Assembly (NCBI GenBank): GCA_913775215.1
Contig: CAJYKO010000376.1
Span: 1-32,269, forward strand
Length of the DNA: 32,269 nucleotides
Source: an uncultured Devosia sp.
GTDB taxonomy: Bacteria; Pseudomonadota; Alphaproteobacteria; Rhizobiales; Devosiaceae
Direction: 5' to 3'
Below the pieces are notes generated by a model. That model was not told where the DNA came from. It saw nothing but the letters and a program-made list of their open reading frames with translations, and ran no database searches. Position numbers and translations under genes: made by a program. Shown here piece by piece: positions 9,956 to 18,769 of the stretch; the stretch's first letter is position 1, and the number at the start of each line of letters is the position of its first letter.

Positions 9956-10696
9956 CTATCCCGCCAGCGCCCATACCCCCCGAGAAAGGTAGAAAAGTCC
10001 GATCCCGGTGACGATCCAGCGCGTCCACTTGCGGAAATTCTCGTCCGAGAGCCGCTGCAAGATGCGATACCCGACATTGGTGCCAAGAACGGCAAAAGGC
10101 GCGGCGATGAGCGCGATGATCCAATCCCCCGGCGCCATCGCCGAGGCTATGGCGCCATAAAAGATGATCTTGGCCCCGTGCGACATCACCTGCGCCGCCG
10201 CCTTGGTTGCGATGACAGTGCGCCGATCCATCTGTGTGCGGATGAAAAAGATATCGATCGTCGGCCCGGCCACCCCGACGGCGAGATTGAGTCCCGAGCC
10301 GAAAAAACCGCACCAGAACCCGTGCCAGGGCTTGCTGGCATCGAGCGCCAGCCAATCCTTGGGGATCCAGACCAGGATCGGCATCAGACCGACGACGATG
10401 CAGACGGTGACGAAATCAGGCGTATAGCGCACGATGAACAGCAGCGTCGCCGCCGCGACGAGCCCCATCAGAATGGCCCCCAGGATCCGCCAATCGATGA
10501 ACTCGCGCGAAAAAATGGCCCGTGAGCCATTGGCGATCAACTGAACCACACCCTGCACGGCAATTGCCGTCGCCACAGGCAACAGCGTCATCAATGCCGC
10601 CAGAAGTATCATCCCCCCCGCCATACCAAAAATTCCCGACAGCACCGAAGTGCAGAAGGTAATGGCGGCAAGAAGAATGAGGATCATGGGCGACAT
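9956..10696 (-). CDS. Sulfite exporter TauE/SafE family membrane protein
   Basis: SGIFGMAGGMIL motif and multiple TM segments. Start approximate. Confidence 0.85.
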   Translation of the reverse strand: MSPMILILLAAITFCTSVLSGIFGMAGGMILLAALMTLLPVATAIAVQGVVQLIANGSRAIFSREFIDWRILGAILMGLVAAATLLFIVRYTPDFVTVCIVVGLMPILVWIPKDWLALDASKPWHGFWCGFFGSGLNLAVGVAGPTIDIFFIRTQMDRRTVIATKAAAQVMSHGAKIIFYGAIASAMAPGDWIIALIAAPFAVLGTNVGYRILQRLSDENFRKWTRWIVTGIGLFYLSRGVWALAG

Positions 10697-10766
10697 GACA
10701 ACAGGATGACTGAGCCGGTGCCGGCAAACCAGCCGGCTTTGGGCAAGGGGCCATGCCTGCAAGGCG

Positions 10767-11747
10767 CTACTGACCATTCTCCAACAATTCGGGATAGATC
10801 ACCGCCGAACACTGGCGATTATTCTCATCAAGCTTGGCCTGCTCATCGGCCGTCAGCACGCCGGAATAGACCGGGTCCCAGAGATTATCCCGCGTCAGCC
10901 CCTCCATCCCGCACTGACAATAGGTGGTGCACATCTCCGCGCTCGTCCCGCCCGTCTCGCACGTCGCCTGACAGGTCTTCAAAAAGTCCGCCTCGCGCAG
11001 CGCATCCTGTGTGCCCAAAAGCATCGAAAGCGGCACGATCACCGCCAGCAGCACCGGCTGATGGATCAGATAAAACGGCAGGCTCCACCGCCCGAGCCAG
11101 CCCAATGCGCGCGGCACTTTCCCCTGCGGCTGCACCTCGGCAAGCTTGGGCAAGAGCCGTGCCTTGGCCAACCGCGACGCCAAAATCCCGATCAGCACGG
11201 CACCGAACCAGGGAAAGACCGGCACGAGATCATTGGTCACCGGCGGAGTCACCCAGAAGCCAAGCCAGGAGAAAACCTTCTCGTTAAAAAGCGGATCGGC
11301 AAAGACGAAATGCGGGACGATGAACAAGATCGCCACCAGCCCCACCGCCCAAAGCGGCACGAAAAGGAAGGGCAGCCCCATCAACATGAAAAGCGCGATG
11401 GCATGCAGCACGCCGAAATAGACGAAGGCATCGGGAAAGGTAAAAAACGTCCCGAGCGTAATCGCCAGCGCCCCGAGCGCCACGAAGAGCCAGCGCCGCC
11501 AAAAGCTCTTCCAACGAATGCCATTCCCATGCCCAAGCACGAGCCCGACACCAACGAGAAACAAAAAGCTCGCAAGGATCGAGCGTGCAAAAAACACCCA
11601 GGCCGGATCAAACCCGACATCGGCGCCGATAAAGCCAAAATACCAGAGGTCCCAGCACAGGTGGTAAAAGGCCATGAGCAAGATGGCGACGCCACGGGAA
11701 ATGTCGATCACCGGCAGGCGCTTTGTCTTGGTCGTTATTTCGGCCAT
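10767..11747 (-). CDS. DUF1624 / heparan-alpha-glucosaminide N-acetyltransferase-like membrane protein
   Basis: IDISRGVAILLMAFYH, YFGVLHAIA, DLVPVFPWFG and LGRWSLPFYLIHQP. Cys-rich C-terminal tail. Confidence 0.85.
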   Translation of the reverse strand: MAEITTKTKRLPVIDISRGVAILLMAFYHLCWDLWYFGFIGADVGFDPAWVFFARSILASFLFLVGVGLVLGHGNGIRWKSFWRRWLFVALGALAITLGTFFTFPDAFVYFGVLHAIALFMLMGLPFLFVPLWAVGLVAILFIVPHFVFADPLFNEKVFSWLGFWVTPPVTNDLVPVFPWFGAVLIGILASRLAKARLLPKLAEVQPQGKVPRALGWLGRWSLPFYLIHQPVLLAVIVPLSMLLGTQDALREADFLKTCQATCETGGTSAEMCTTYCQCGMEGLTRDNLWDPVYSGVLTADEQAKLDENNRQCSAVIYPELLENGQ

Positions 11748-11823
11748 GTTAGGTCCTATTGGTTTGCGCGGGCCTGCCGGAGCAGTCTGTACATATCACA
11801 GGCTGTAGCGGAGGCAGGCTCCA

Positions 11824-12294
11824 GTGCATAATAGAGAACTTCGTCGGCTCGAGCCTGGCGACGCGGCGCTTCTGGGCAGCCTGAACCGGCTATTCGGGCG
11901 GGAATTCGACGATAGACCAACCTATATCGATGCTCCGCCAGGCGCCGACTACGTCGCAAGATTGCTCGCCAAAGATCATGTGCATGCTCTTGTTGCCATC
12001 GAAGACGGCCGAATCGTCGGCGGGCTCGTTGCTTATGAACTCCAGAAATTCGAACAGGAGCGCTGCGAGATTTACATTTATGATCTCGCCGTCGCCGCCG
12101 AAAAGCGCAGGCAGGGCATCGCGACAGCCTTGATCGATTACCTTCGCGGTATTGCAAGGGACCGCGGCGCCTGGGTCATCTATGTGCAGGCCGATCATGG
12201 CGACGACGCCGCCATCACGCTCTATACAAAACTTGGTGCCCGAGAAGACGTCATGCATTTCGACATCCCCATCGCAGATCAATCTCCGGCATAA
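11824..12294 (+). CDS. aac(3)-I: AAC(3)-I family aminoglycoside 3-N-acetyltransferase (GNAT)
   Basis: [38 protein letters not shown] and [14 protein letters not shown] match recalled AAC(3)-I sequences closely. GTG start with GGAGG SD. Confidence 0.85.
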   Translation: MHNRELRRLEPGDAALLGSLNRLFGREFDDRPTYIDAPPGADYVARLLAKDHVHALVAIEDGRIVGGLVAYELQKFEQERCEIYIYDLAVAAEKRRQGIATALIDYLRGIARDRGAWVIYVQADHGDDAAITLYTKLGAREDVMHFDIPIADQSPA

Positions 12295-14129
12295 CCGACG
12301 ACCACCGCCAAAAATGCGTCGCCATAGCGATCGAGCTTCCCCTGCCCGACCCCAGGCAGATTGAGCATCCCGTGCGGATGCGTCGGCTTTGCCATCGCCA
12401 TGGCTTTGAGCGTCGCATCGTGAAAGATCACATATGGCGGCACGCCCTGGCTCTTGGCAATTCTGAGCCGCTCGGCCCGCAGCGCTTCGAACAGCCCCTT
12501 GGCATAGTCCGGCACTTCCACTGATTTGCTGAGCTGGCGCCTGACCTCGACGGCCTTTTTCGGCCGGTCCTTGCGCAGCGTCACACGGCGCTCGTGCTTG
12601 AACACCGCCCGCGCGCCTTCCCCCAGCGTCAGCGCGCCGTGATTGGCGTGGTCGACGACGATCAGACCCATGGCCGTCAATTGCCTGAGCACCGATTGCC
12701 AGGCTTTCGCATCAAGCTCACGGCCCTGTCCGAAGACCGGCTGGTTCTGGTGCCCAAACCGCTGGACTTTCTCCGTCTCCTTGCCGACCAAGACATCGAT
12801 CACATGCGCCGCGCCAAACCGCTGCCCGGTGCGATAGATCGCCGCCAGCGCCTTGATCGCGGATTCCGTGCCGTCCCAGCTCTCGACCGGCGAGCGGCAG
12901 GTATCGCAATTGCCGCAATTGCCCTCATGCGCCTCGCCAAAGTGGTTGAGGATAGCCTTGCGCCGGCATTCCGCCGTTTCGCAGACGCCGAGCAGCGCAT
13001 TGAGCTTGCCGTGCTCGACCCGCTTGATCTCGTCGGGCGCATTGCCCTCGTCGATCATGCGCCGCCGCTGCACCACATCGGCCATGCCATAGCTCATCCA
13101 GGCATCGGACGGCTGCCCGTCGCGCCCGGCACGGCCGGTTTCCTGATAATAGGCTTCGATCGAAGCCGGCAGATCCATATGCGCGACATAGCGAACGTCC
13201 GGCTTGTCGATCCCCATGCCGAAGGCCACGGTCGCGACGAGACAAAGCCCTTCTTCCTTGAGAAACGCATCCTGATTGGCGCTACGCATCTCGGCCGGCA
13301 TGCCCGCATGATAGGGCAGTGCGCGAATGCCTTTGCCGGAGAGATAATCGGCAATGTCCTCGACCTTGGCGCGGGAGAGGCAATAAACGATGCCGCTTTC
13401 GCCCTTATGCCCAGCCAAAAAATCGAGCAGCTGTTCGCGCGCCTTGTCCCGCTCGACGATGGAATAGGAAATATTGGGCCGGTCGAAGGAGGTGGTAAAA
13501 ACTTCGGCCTGTTCGAGCCCCAGGCGCTCGATGATGTCTTCGCGCGTCGTCGGATCGGCCGTTGCCGTCAGTGCAATGCGCGGCACGCCGGGGAACAGCT
13601 CCACGAGGTGAATGAGCTCCCGATATTCGGGCCGGAAATCGTGCCCCCACTGGCTTACGCAATGGGCTTCGTCGATGGCGAAAAGCGCGATATCGACACC
13701 GGACAGCATATTGGCAAATCCCGGCGTCGCCACGCGCTCCGGCGCCACATAGAGAAGATCGAGCTCCCCGGCGCGCAATTGCCGCCGCACCGTGCTCGCT
13801 TCTTCGGGCGAGAGCGAGGAATTCAGCGCCGCCGCCGCGACCCCAGCCTGCTTCAGCGCCTCGACCTGATCGCGCATGAGGGCAATGAGCGGGGAAACCA
13901 CGATCCCGACCCCGGGCCGACAAATGGCCGGGATCTGGTAGCACATGGATTTGCCCGCACCAGTCGGGAACAGCACCACCGCATCGCCGCCGCCGACGAT
14001 CTGGTCGATCACCTTGGCCTGCTGGCCGCGAAACTGCTTGTGCCCGAATATTTCGCGCAGAACATCGAGCGGGGTCAGCCGCTCGGTTCGGTGGGGCGAA
14101 AACAGATCATAGGAATCGAGCGCTTGCAC
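12279..14129 (-). CDS. recQ: ATP-dependent DNA helicase RecQ
   Basis: [47 protein letters not shown], Zn-binding RQC cysteines and a C-terminal HRDC (PPYVIFHD). Confidence 0.97.
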   Translation of the reverse strand: MQALDSYDLFSPHRTERLTPLDVLREIFGHKQFRGQQAKVIDQIVGGGDAVVLFPTGAGKSMCYQIPAICRPGVGIVVSPLIALMRDQVEALKQAGVAAAALNSSLSPEEASTVRRQLRAGELDLLYVAPERVATPGFANMLSGVDIALFAIDEAHCVSQWGHDFRPEYRELIHLVELFPGVPRIALTATADPTTREDIIERLGLEQAEVFTTSFDRPNISYSIVERDKAREQLLDFLAGHKGESGIVYCLSRAKVEDIADYLSGKGIRALPYHAGMPAEMRSANQDAFLKEEGLCLVATVAFGMGIDKPDVRYVAHMDLPASIEAYYQETGRAGRDGQPSDAWMSYGMADVVQRRRMIDEGNAPDEIKRVEHGKLNALLGVCETAECRRKAILNHFGEAHEGNCGNCDTCRSPVESWDGTESAIKALAAIYRTGQRFGAAHVIDVLVGKETEKVQRFGHQNQPVFGQGRELDAKAWQSVLRQLTAMGLIVVDHANHGALTLGEGARAVFKHERRVTLRKDRPKKAVEVRRQLSKSVEVPDYAKGLFEALRAERLRIAKSQGVPPYVIFHDATLKAMAMAKPTHPHGMLNLPGVGQGKLDRYGDAFLAVVVGYAGD

Positions 14130-14187
14130 AGGCTCCTTGAATCATGAGCGCGGGGTGAGCCGCAAGGGCATGGGCGCCGCCTATCCC

Positions 14188-14517
14188 CTACACATAGCCG
14201 AGAGCGACAAATTGCTGATGGAACCACCACCAGCCGAGCCCTGACAAAACCGCCACCACCGCAAAGGCGGTCCAGCCCTTGGCGGTCAGATTCTGATGGT
14301 CGGGCGTGCGATAATCAAAGCCATCGCCAAAGACGAGGAAGATCGCGCCGAAGACAAAGCAGAGCGGCACCAGCGCGAAAACCTTGAGCTCGTAATGTAC
14401 CTCAGGCACGCCTGCCTGCGCTTGCTGCAACGGCACGAGAAGGAAGAAATAGAGACAGGCAAAGCCGATCAACACGATCGCCAGTCCGCCCAACCGCACC
14501 AGAATTTCCCGCGCCAT
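14188..14517 (-). CDS. Hypothetical membrane protein (three TM segments)
   Basis: Three hydrophobic stretches. GGAGG RBS before ATG 14517. Confidence 0.7.
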   Translation of the reverse strand: MAREILVRLGGLAIVLIGFACLYFFLLVPLQQAQAGVPEVHYELKVFALVPLCFVFGAIFLVFGDGFDYRTPDHQNLTAKGWTAFAVVAVLSGLGWWWFHQQFVALGYV

Positions 14518-14621
14518 GGGCCCTCCCGCTTCGCTGTCGGAAAGTGCCATATGCGTGGGAAATCAATCAAGCCTCAGCCGCCGACGATCTCGCCATAATA
14601 GATTGGCTGCAGAGCCTTGTC

Positions 14622-14936
14622 CTAATGCGCGTGCTGCTCAGCATTGCGTTTTCGCGTCGCGGCCGCTTTCTTGGCCGAAGCCGATCGATCGGCCGCCGAG
14701 CGGTTCGCCGATGCCTTGCCACCTTTTTCACCGCCCTTGTGAGAAGCGGGATGGCCGGTGTCCTTGCCACGGCCGGAGCCGGATTTCTTGCCGCCGCCAT
14801 CGTCCTTGTTGACGCTGGCCCGGGCGCGGCGTTCCGCCTCCTCGTAGCTCACGCCCTTTTTCTCATAGCCCTCTTCGATATGCTCGGCCTTGCGCTTCTG
14901 CTTATCGGTATAGGCGGATTTATCGCCCTGCGGCAT
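14622..14936 (-). CDS. Small basic stress-associated protein (family often labelled 'plasmid stabilization protein')
   Basis: MPQGDKSAYTDKQKRKAEHIEEGYE...SAKKAAATRKRN family signature. AGGAGG RBS. Confidence 0.85.
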   Translation of the reverse strand: MPQGDKSAYTDKQKRKAEHIEEGYEKKGVSYEEAERRARASVNKDDGGGKKSGSGRGKDTGHPASHKGGEKGGKASANRSAADRSASAKKAAATRKRNAEQHAH

Positions 14937-15021
14937 GGTCGCCTCCTGCGACGGGAATGAAGATGAAGGGATTGCGCGAGTGCGATAGAGGCTCGGTTGC
15001 CTATTCGTTGGCCAGGCAGGG

Positions 15022-15046
15022 AAACCGGAAAAACCAAGCCCGTTCC
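15022..15046 (-). promoter_or_regulatory. Candidate EcfG/RpoE2 general-stress sigma promoter
   Basis: Minus strand reads GGAAC-N16-GTTT about 85 nt upstream of the stress-protein ATG. Confidence 0.55.
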
Positions 15047-15175
15047 TCATGCCACCGCGTCCGGTTGACGCGCGCTTTCCCTTCGACAGGGCAACGGCAT
15101 GCTCCGGGTGGAGTTGCCCAAAGCGTCAGAAGTTAATCAGCGAGATTTATGGGATCAGATCCCAGACGGCATAGC

Positions 15176-15730
15176 TCAAGCCTTCATCGTTTTGCTGAGA
15201 TAGCGCGAATTGCGTTCGACAAACCGCCACGGTGTCTCGACGCCCTTGGTGATCCCGATCCGCGGTCCCGTAGCCACCTCGCTCACGGCCTCAGCCGGCA
15301 ACAGCGCAAATGGAGCCGCATCGAGCGGCAAGCCATTTTGCTTGAGATCGATCGCCAAAGCCGCGGCCAGTTTCCCCGGCCCCGAGCAAAGCTGCTTTTC
15401 AACCACCCCGCCCCGCCGTTCATGCATCACATCGAGCCCAATAGTCGGCTCTAGCGCCCGAATGAGAATGGCACTGCCCGGCCGGCAAACAAAATTGAGG
15501 CAAAAGTGGATGCCGTATATCTTATAGACATAGGCATGACCCGGGGGCCCGAACATGGCGGCATTTCGGTGCGTTGGCCCCTTGAAACTATGCGAAGCCG
15601 GATCGGTTTCGTCATAGGCTTCCACCTCGACGATCCGTCCGCCAACGCCGTCGACCATGAGCACCATGCCGATCAGCTCCGGCGCTACGTCGAGCACCGG
15701 CCGATCGAAAAAGTCATTTGAAACCCTCAA
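15176..15730 (-). CDS. DNA-3-methyladenine glycosylase (AAG/MPG family)
   Basis: GRIVEVEAY, MFGPPGHAYVYKIYGIH, ILIRALEP, CSGPGKL and GPRIGI. Start (TTG 15730) uncertain. Confidence 0.9.
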   Translation of the reverse strand: MRVSNDFFDRPVLDVAPELIGMVLMVDGVGGRIVEVEAYDETDPASHSFKGPTHRNAAMFGPPGHAYVYKIYGIHFCLNFVCRPGSAILIRALEPTIGLDVMHERRGGVVEKQLCSGPGKLAAALAIDLKQNGLPLDAAPFALLPAEAVSEVATGPRIGITKGVETPWRFVERNSRYLSKTMKA

Positions 15731-15862
15731 GCGCGCACCCGATAGGCAGGGACGACGCCCCATCCATTCTGCCCAAACGCAGCCGCGAGAAAGCGCACGC
15801 ATCGGCCCGCGAACTCTCGCGCAAGCACGAGATCCCGGCCAGTTGAACCAAGCCCTTCTCGT

Positions 15863-16069
15863 TCAGAACGGCTTTGCTTGCTCGTGCTGTCGGATGACCA
15901 GCGGCTTGCCGCCCTGATAACGCTCCTGCGCAGCATGACTCCACCAGGAGACGACGCAGAACCCAAGATTGAGCGTGGGCACGACGCCCTCGACTTCGAA
16001 CGACCGCATCTGCCGCTTGGGCTTGATGCGCAGGGTCCCGCGACCCAGAGGCAGCCTGATCCAAGACAT
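15863..16069 (-). CDS. Hypothetical small protein (68 aa)
   Basis: Fills the gap between genes, has a G-rich RBS before the ATG, and an AT-rich upstream region with a regulatory motif. No family recognised. Confidence 0.5.
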   Translation of the reverse strand: MSWIRLPLGRGTLRIKPKRQMRSFEVEGVVPTLNLGFCVVSWWSHAAQERYQGGKPLVIRQHEQAKPF

Positions 16070-16092
16070 TGCAATCCCCCCGGATTGGATCG

Positions 16093-16120
16093 GATTAGCA
16101 TGGTTAAGAAAATGCTAATC
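16093..16120. promoter_or_regulatory. 9-bp inverted repeat containing a CtrA-like box
   Basis: GATTAGCAT-N10-ATGCTAATC. Minus strand reads TTAG-N7-TTAACC. Confidence 0.5.
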
Positions 16121-16186
16121 GTCAATGTCATAATTCCTGGCGGAGATATTTTTTCTTTTGCCGTCAGTTGTTTGCGAGCAAGTCTC

Positions 16187-17248
16187 TCAATCGACACGGC
16201 CGCGCGCCGAAACCTGCACGGATTCAACGACTTCCTCGCCGCGCACCAGCGTCACGGTGTCGAAGAGATTGCTCACCGGGCAGCAATGATTGGGCACGAT
16301 CCGGATCGTATCGCCAATTCCAGGCTTTTTCGTGCAGGCCGAAACGTCGAGCGTCCCATGTTCTTCACTGAGCCCCACGATCCGCGCCTCCGGGTAATCG
16401 AGCACATAGCCATGCCCTTCGAGCCCCAGGAGATCGCTGGTCAGCGTCTTTGAGCCAGCATCGATGATCGCCCGCCCCTCGGTCGGCCGCGATACCACCG
16501 TCGCCAACACCGTCAGCGCACACTCGTCATAGCTGGCCGCGCCCGCCGCTACCTGGCTGCGGTCCATATAGATATAGGTGCCCGGCCGGTATTCGGTCGC
16601 GACCCCGGCCTCTTCCATGTGCCAGATATCGGGCGTCCCGCCGGTCGTGATCTCGGGCAGCGGCATGCCCGCACTTTCAAACAGTGCCTTGGCATCTGCA
16701 AGCCAGTCTGCCGCCTCCCGATACTTCTTGGCGGCCGGATAGGTCATCAGCCCGGCAAAATTCGGTCCCGGCAAAACCGCGATCTGCCGCGCCAGCGACA
16801 AGGCCGCCTCGGGCGATTGCACGCCGCACCTTCCCATGCCGGTGTCGCATTCGACAAGAACCCCAAGCGGATGGCTCGCGTCAGCAAAAGTCTCGGCAAG
16901 CCCGATCACCGTCTCGGTGCTGTCGGCGGCGACGCGAATGGTCACCCGATCGTGGAGTGCCTTTAATCTCGCGCGCTTCTTGACGCCGACGATATTGAAG
17001 GTCAGTAGCAAGTCGTCAAGCCCGGCATCGGCCATTACCTCGGCTTCACCCAGCTTCTGCACCGTGATCCCCACCGCACCCAGTTCCACCTGGCGCTTGG
17101 CAAAGCGCGGCAGCTTGTGCGTCTTGATATGCGGCCGAAGTTTTATCCCAGCCTTATCGGCCGCATCTTGCGCCTTTTTGAGGTTGGCTTCGGCCTTGTC
17201 GAGATCGACCAGCACCACCGGGGTTTCGAGTTCACGAATATTGCTCAT
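16187..17248 (-). CDS. D-threonine aldolase/DSD1-family PLP enzyme (candidate amino-sugar-acid ammonia-lyase)
   Basis: RPHIKTHK PLP lysine, GRCGV, EYRPGTY, DAGSK, SEEHG and PNHCC. Confidence 0.9.
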   Translation of the reverse strand: MSNIRELETPVVLVDLDKAEANLKKAQDAADKAGIKLRPHIKTHKLPRFAKRQVELGAVGITVQKLGEAEVMADAGLDDLLLTFNIVGVKKRARLKALHDRVTIRVAADSTETVIGLAETFADASHPLGVLVECDTGMGRCGVQSPEAALSLARQIAVLPGPNFAGLMTYPAAKKYREAADWLADAKALFESAGMPLPEITTGGTPDIWHMEEAGVATEYRPGTYIYMDRSQVAAGAASYDECALTVLATVVSRPTEGRAIIDAGSKTLTSDLLGLEGHGYVLDYPEARIVGLSEEHGTLDVSACTKKPGIGDTIRIVPNHCCPVSNLFDTVTLVRGEEVVESVQVSARGRVD

Positions 17249-18021
17249 TTGCCCCTCAAGACCTCATCGACAAATCTCAGATTACCCGCCGTCAGCCCAG
17301 CATCGACAGGCAATACCGTGCCGGTTATGCCCGAGGCCGCATCGGAACACAAAAATAGCGCCGCATTTGCCACCTCGACCGGGCTCACCATCCGCCCCAG
17401 CGGATAATGGGGCAGCACATTATCAAGAAGGCTCGGATCGGCCGCCAATCGATGATCCCAGGCCGGCGTCCGCACCGATCCCGGCGCCACGACATTAGCC
17501 CGAACCCCCTCGCCCCCGCGCTCGACGGCAAGTGCCTTGGCATAGGCGACAAGCCCGGCCTTGGCCGCCGAATAGGCGGGATTGCCAAAGTGGGCGATGG
17601 CATTGACCGACGAGATGAAGACCAGCGCACCCCGCCCCCGCTCCGCCATCGCGGCCACGATCGGATCGGTCAGCGCATAGGCGCCATTGAGATTAATATT
17701 GAGCTCTGCGGCCCATACCGCATCATCGACCATCCCCAGATGCTCGGCGCGGGTAAAACCGACATTGGCCACCACGGCATCATAGACACCATGGGCCGTG
17801 ATATCTGCGGAAACCGTAGCGCGCGTCGCGGCCATATCCGCCTGGTCGAAGAGGATCGTCCGCTCAAGCGCGATCCCCGCGAGCAGCGCGCTTTCCTTTT
17901 CGGCGCCCACAACCCTGGCGCCGGCATCCTGAAAGACCGCAACCAGCGACCGCCCGATACCGCCACCGGCCCCGGTAATGAGCACAGTTTTGCCATCGAG
18001 GCGGAAGGGATTTTTTAACAC
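17245..18021 (-). CDS. SDR family oxidoreductase
   Basis: TGAGGGIG, YSAAK and VAPGSVRT. Overlaps the next gene by 4 bp; GGAGGA RBS. Confidence 0.93.
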   Translation of the reverse strand: MLKNPFRLDGKTVLITGAGGGIGRSLVAVFQDAGARVVGAEKESALLAGIALERTILFDQADMAATRATVSADITAHGVYDAVVANVGFTRAEHLGMVDDAVWAAELNINLNGAYALTDPIVAAMAERGRGALVFISSVNAIAHFGNPAYSAAKAGLVAYAKALAVERGGEGVRANVVAPGSVRTPAWDHRLAADPSLLDNVLPHYPLGRMVSPVEVANAALFLCSDAASGITGTVLPVDAGLTAGNLRFVDEVLRGK

Positions 18022-18056
18022 TTTTGTTCCTCCAGCGTGAGGGTAGGCCGGCGCTA

Positions 18057-18196
18057 GGTTGTGTGGACAGTTGAGTCAGAGCGAGCCGAAAATGCCGGTT
18101 TTCGAGAACCGGAGCGGAGCGTACATCAGTACGTGAGCACCGGAAGCGGAGAAAATTGGCGTTTGCAGGCCGCTATGGCCAGCTGGGCGCACGACC
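18057..18196. mobile_element. 140-bp MITE-like palindromic element (RPE1-like core)
   Basis: Imperfect terminal IRs GGTTGTGTGGACAGTTG...CAGCTGGGCGCACGACC, TA on both flanks, nested internal palindrome with a CGTAC-ATCA-GTACG apex. Confidence 0.7.
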
Positions 18197-18579
18197 TACG
18201 GCCCTTTATATGCCACGAGATCTATCTCAACCTTGCAATCCACCATCATCCGGCTCTGCACGCAGGCCCGCGCCGGCGGATGCTCGCTAAAGTAGCTCTT
18301 ATAAACCCCGTTAAAACTCCAGAAATCCCGGGGATCATCGAGCCAGACGCCGACGCGGACCACATGTTCGAGCCCATAATCGGCCTCTTTTAAAATCGCG
18401 AGCACGTTCTGGATGGTCAGGTGTGTCTCCTCGACAATCCCACCCCGAACGATCTCGCCATCCTTCATCGCCACCTGCCCGGACACATAGAGCCAGCCGC
18501 CGGCTTCCACCGCGCGGGCAAAGGGGAGGTTCTGGCCACCGGCACCGGACTTTTCAGTCCCATAACGCTTGATCGGCAT
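18196..18579 (-). CDS. RidA family enamine/imine deaminase
   Basis: LYVSGQV, FNGVY, PARACV and VEID motifs. Confidence 0.92.
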   Translation of the reverse strand: MPIKRYGTEKSGAGGQNLPFARAVEAGGWLYVSGQVAMKDGEIVRGGIVEETHLTIQNVLAILKEADYGLEHVVRVGVWLDDPRDFWSFNGVYKSYFSEHPPARACVQSRMMVDCKVEIDLVAYKGP

Positions 18580-18600
18580 GGCTGCATCCTTCCAGGAAAA

Positions 18601-18689
18601 TGAAACTCAATTTCTCTTTTGGTCCATATTGCTGGGTCTTTGAAGCGAGAAACATGGTTTTTTGAATCTGCCGATGTAAATTTCTTACG
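18601..18689. promoter_or_regulatory. Two candidate RpiR/HexR-type operators in the ridA / M81 divergent promoter
   Basis: TGAAA-CTCAA-TTTCT (18601-18615) and TGTAA-ATTTC-TTACG (18675-18689). Confidence 0.5.
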
Positions 18690-18769
18690 TGAAGCACCGC
18701 AAACACCGTGCTAGGCTCGATCAGCGCGAACACTCGCGCCCTCATGTCCCCAGCCTTTGGAAATCTGTC

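Noticed and set aside
11748-11754. GTTAGGT (integron core-site GTTRRRY) upstream of aac(3)-I
   Set aside because: It is the RBS spacer of the divergent DUF1624 gene. No matching inverse core or attC follows aac, where the sequence is recQ coding, and there is no intI.
12594-14147. 517-aa plus-strand ORF, and similar long antisense ORFs (6481-7521, 18554-19963, 24576-25862, 27788-28990)
   Set aside because: Mirror-frame ORFs opposite well-supported genes, expected in high-GC DNA. No family motifs.
14622-14936. Plasmid or toxin-antitoxin stabilisation function
   Set aside because: No ParE/RelE features or partner gene; chromosomal context near recQ.
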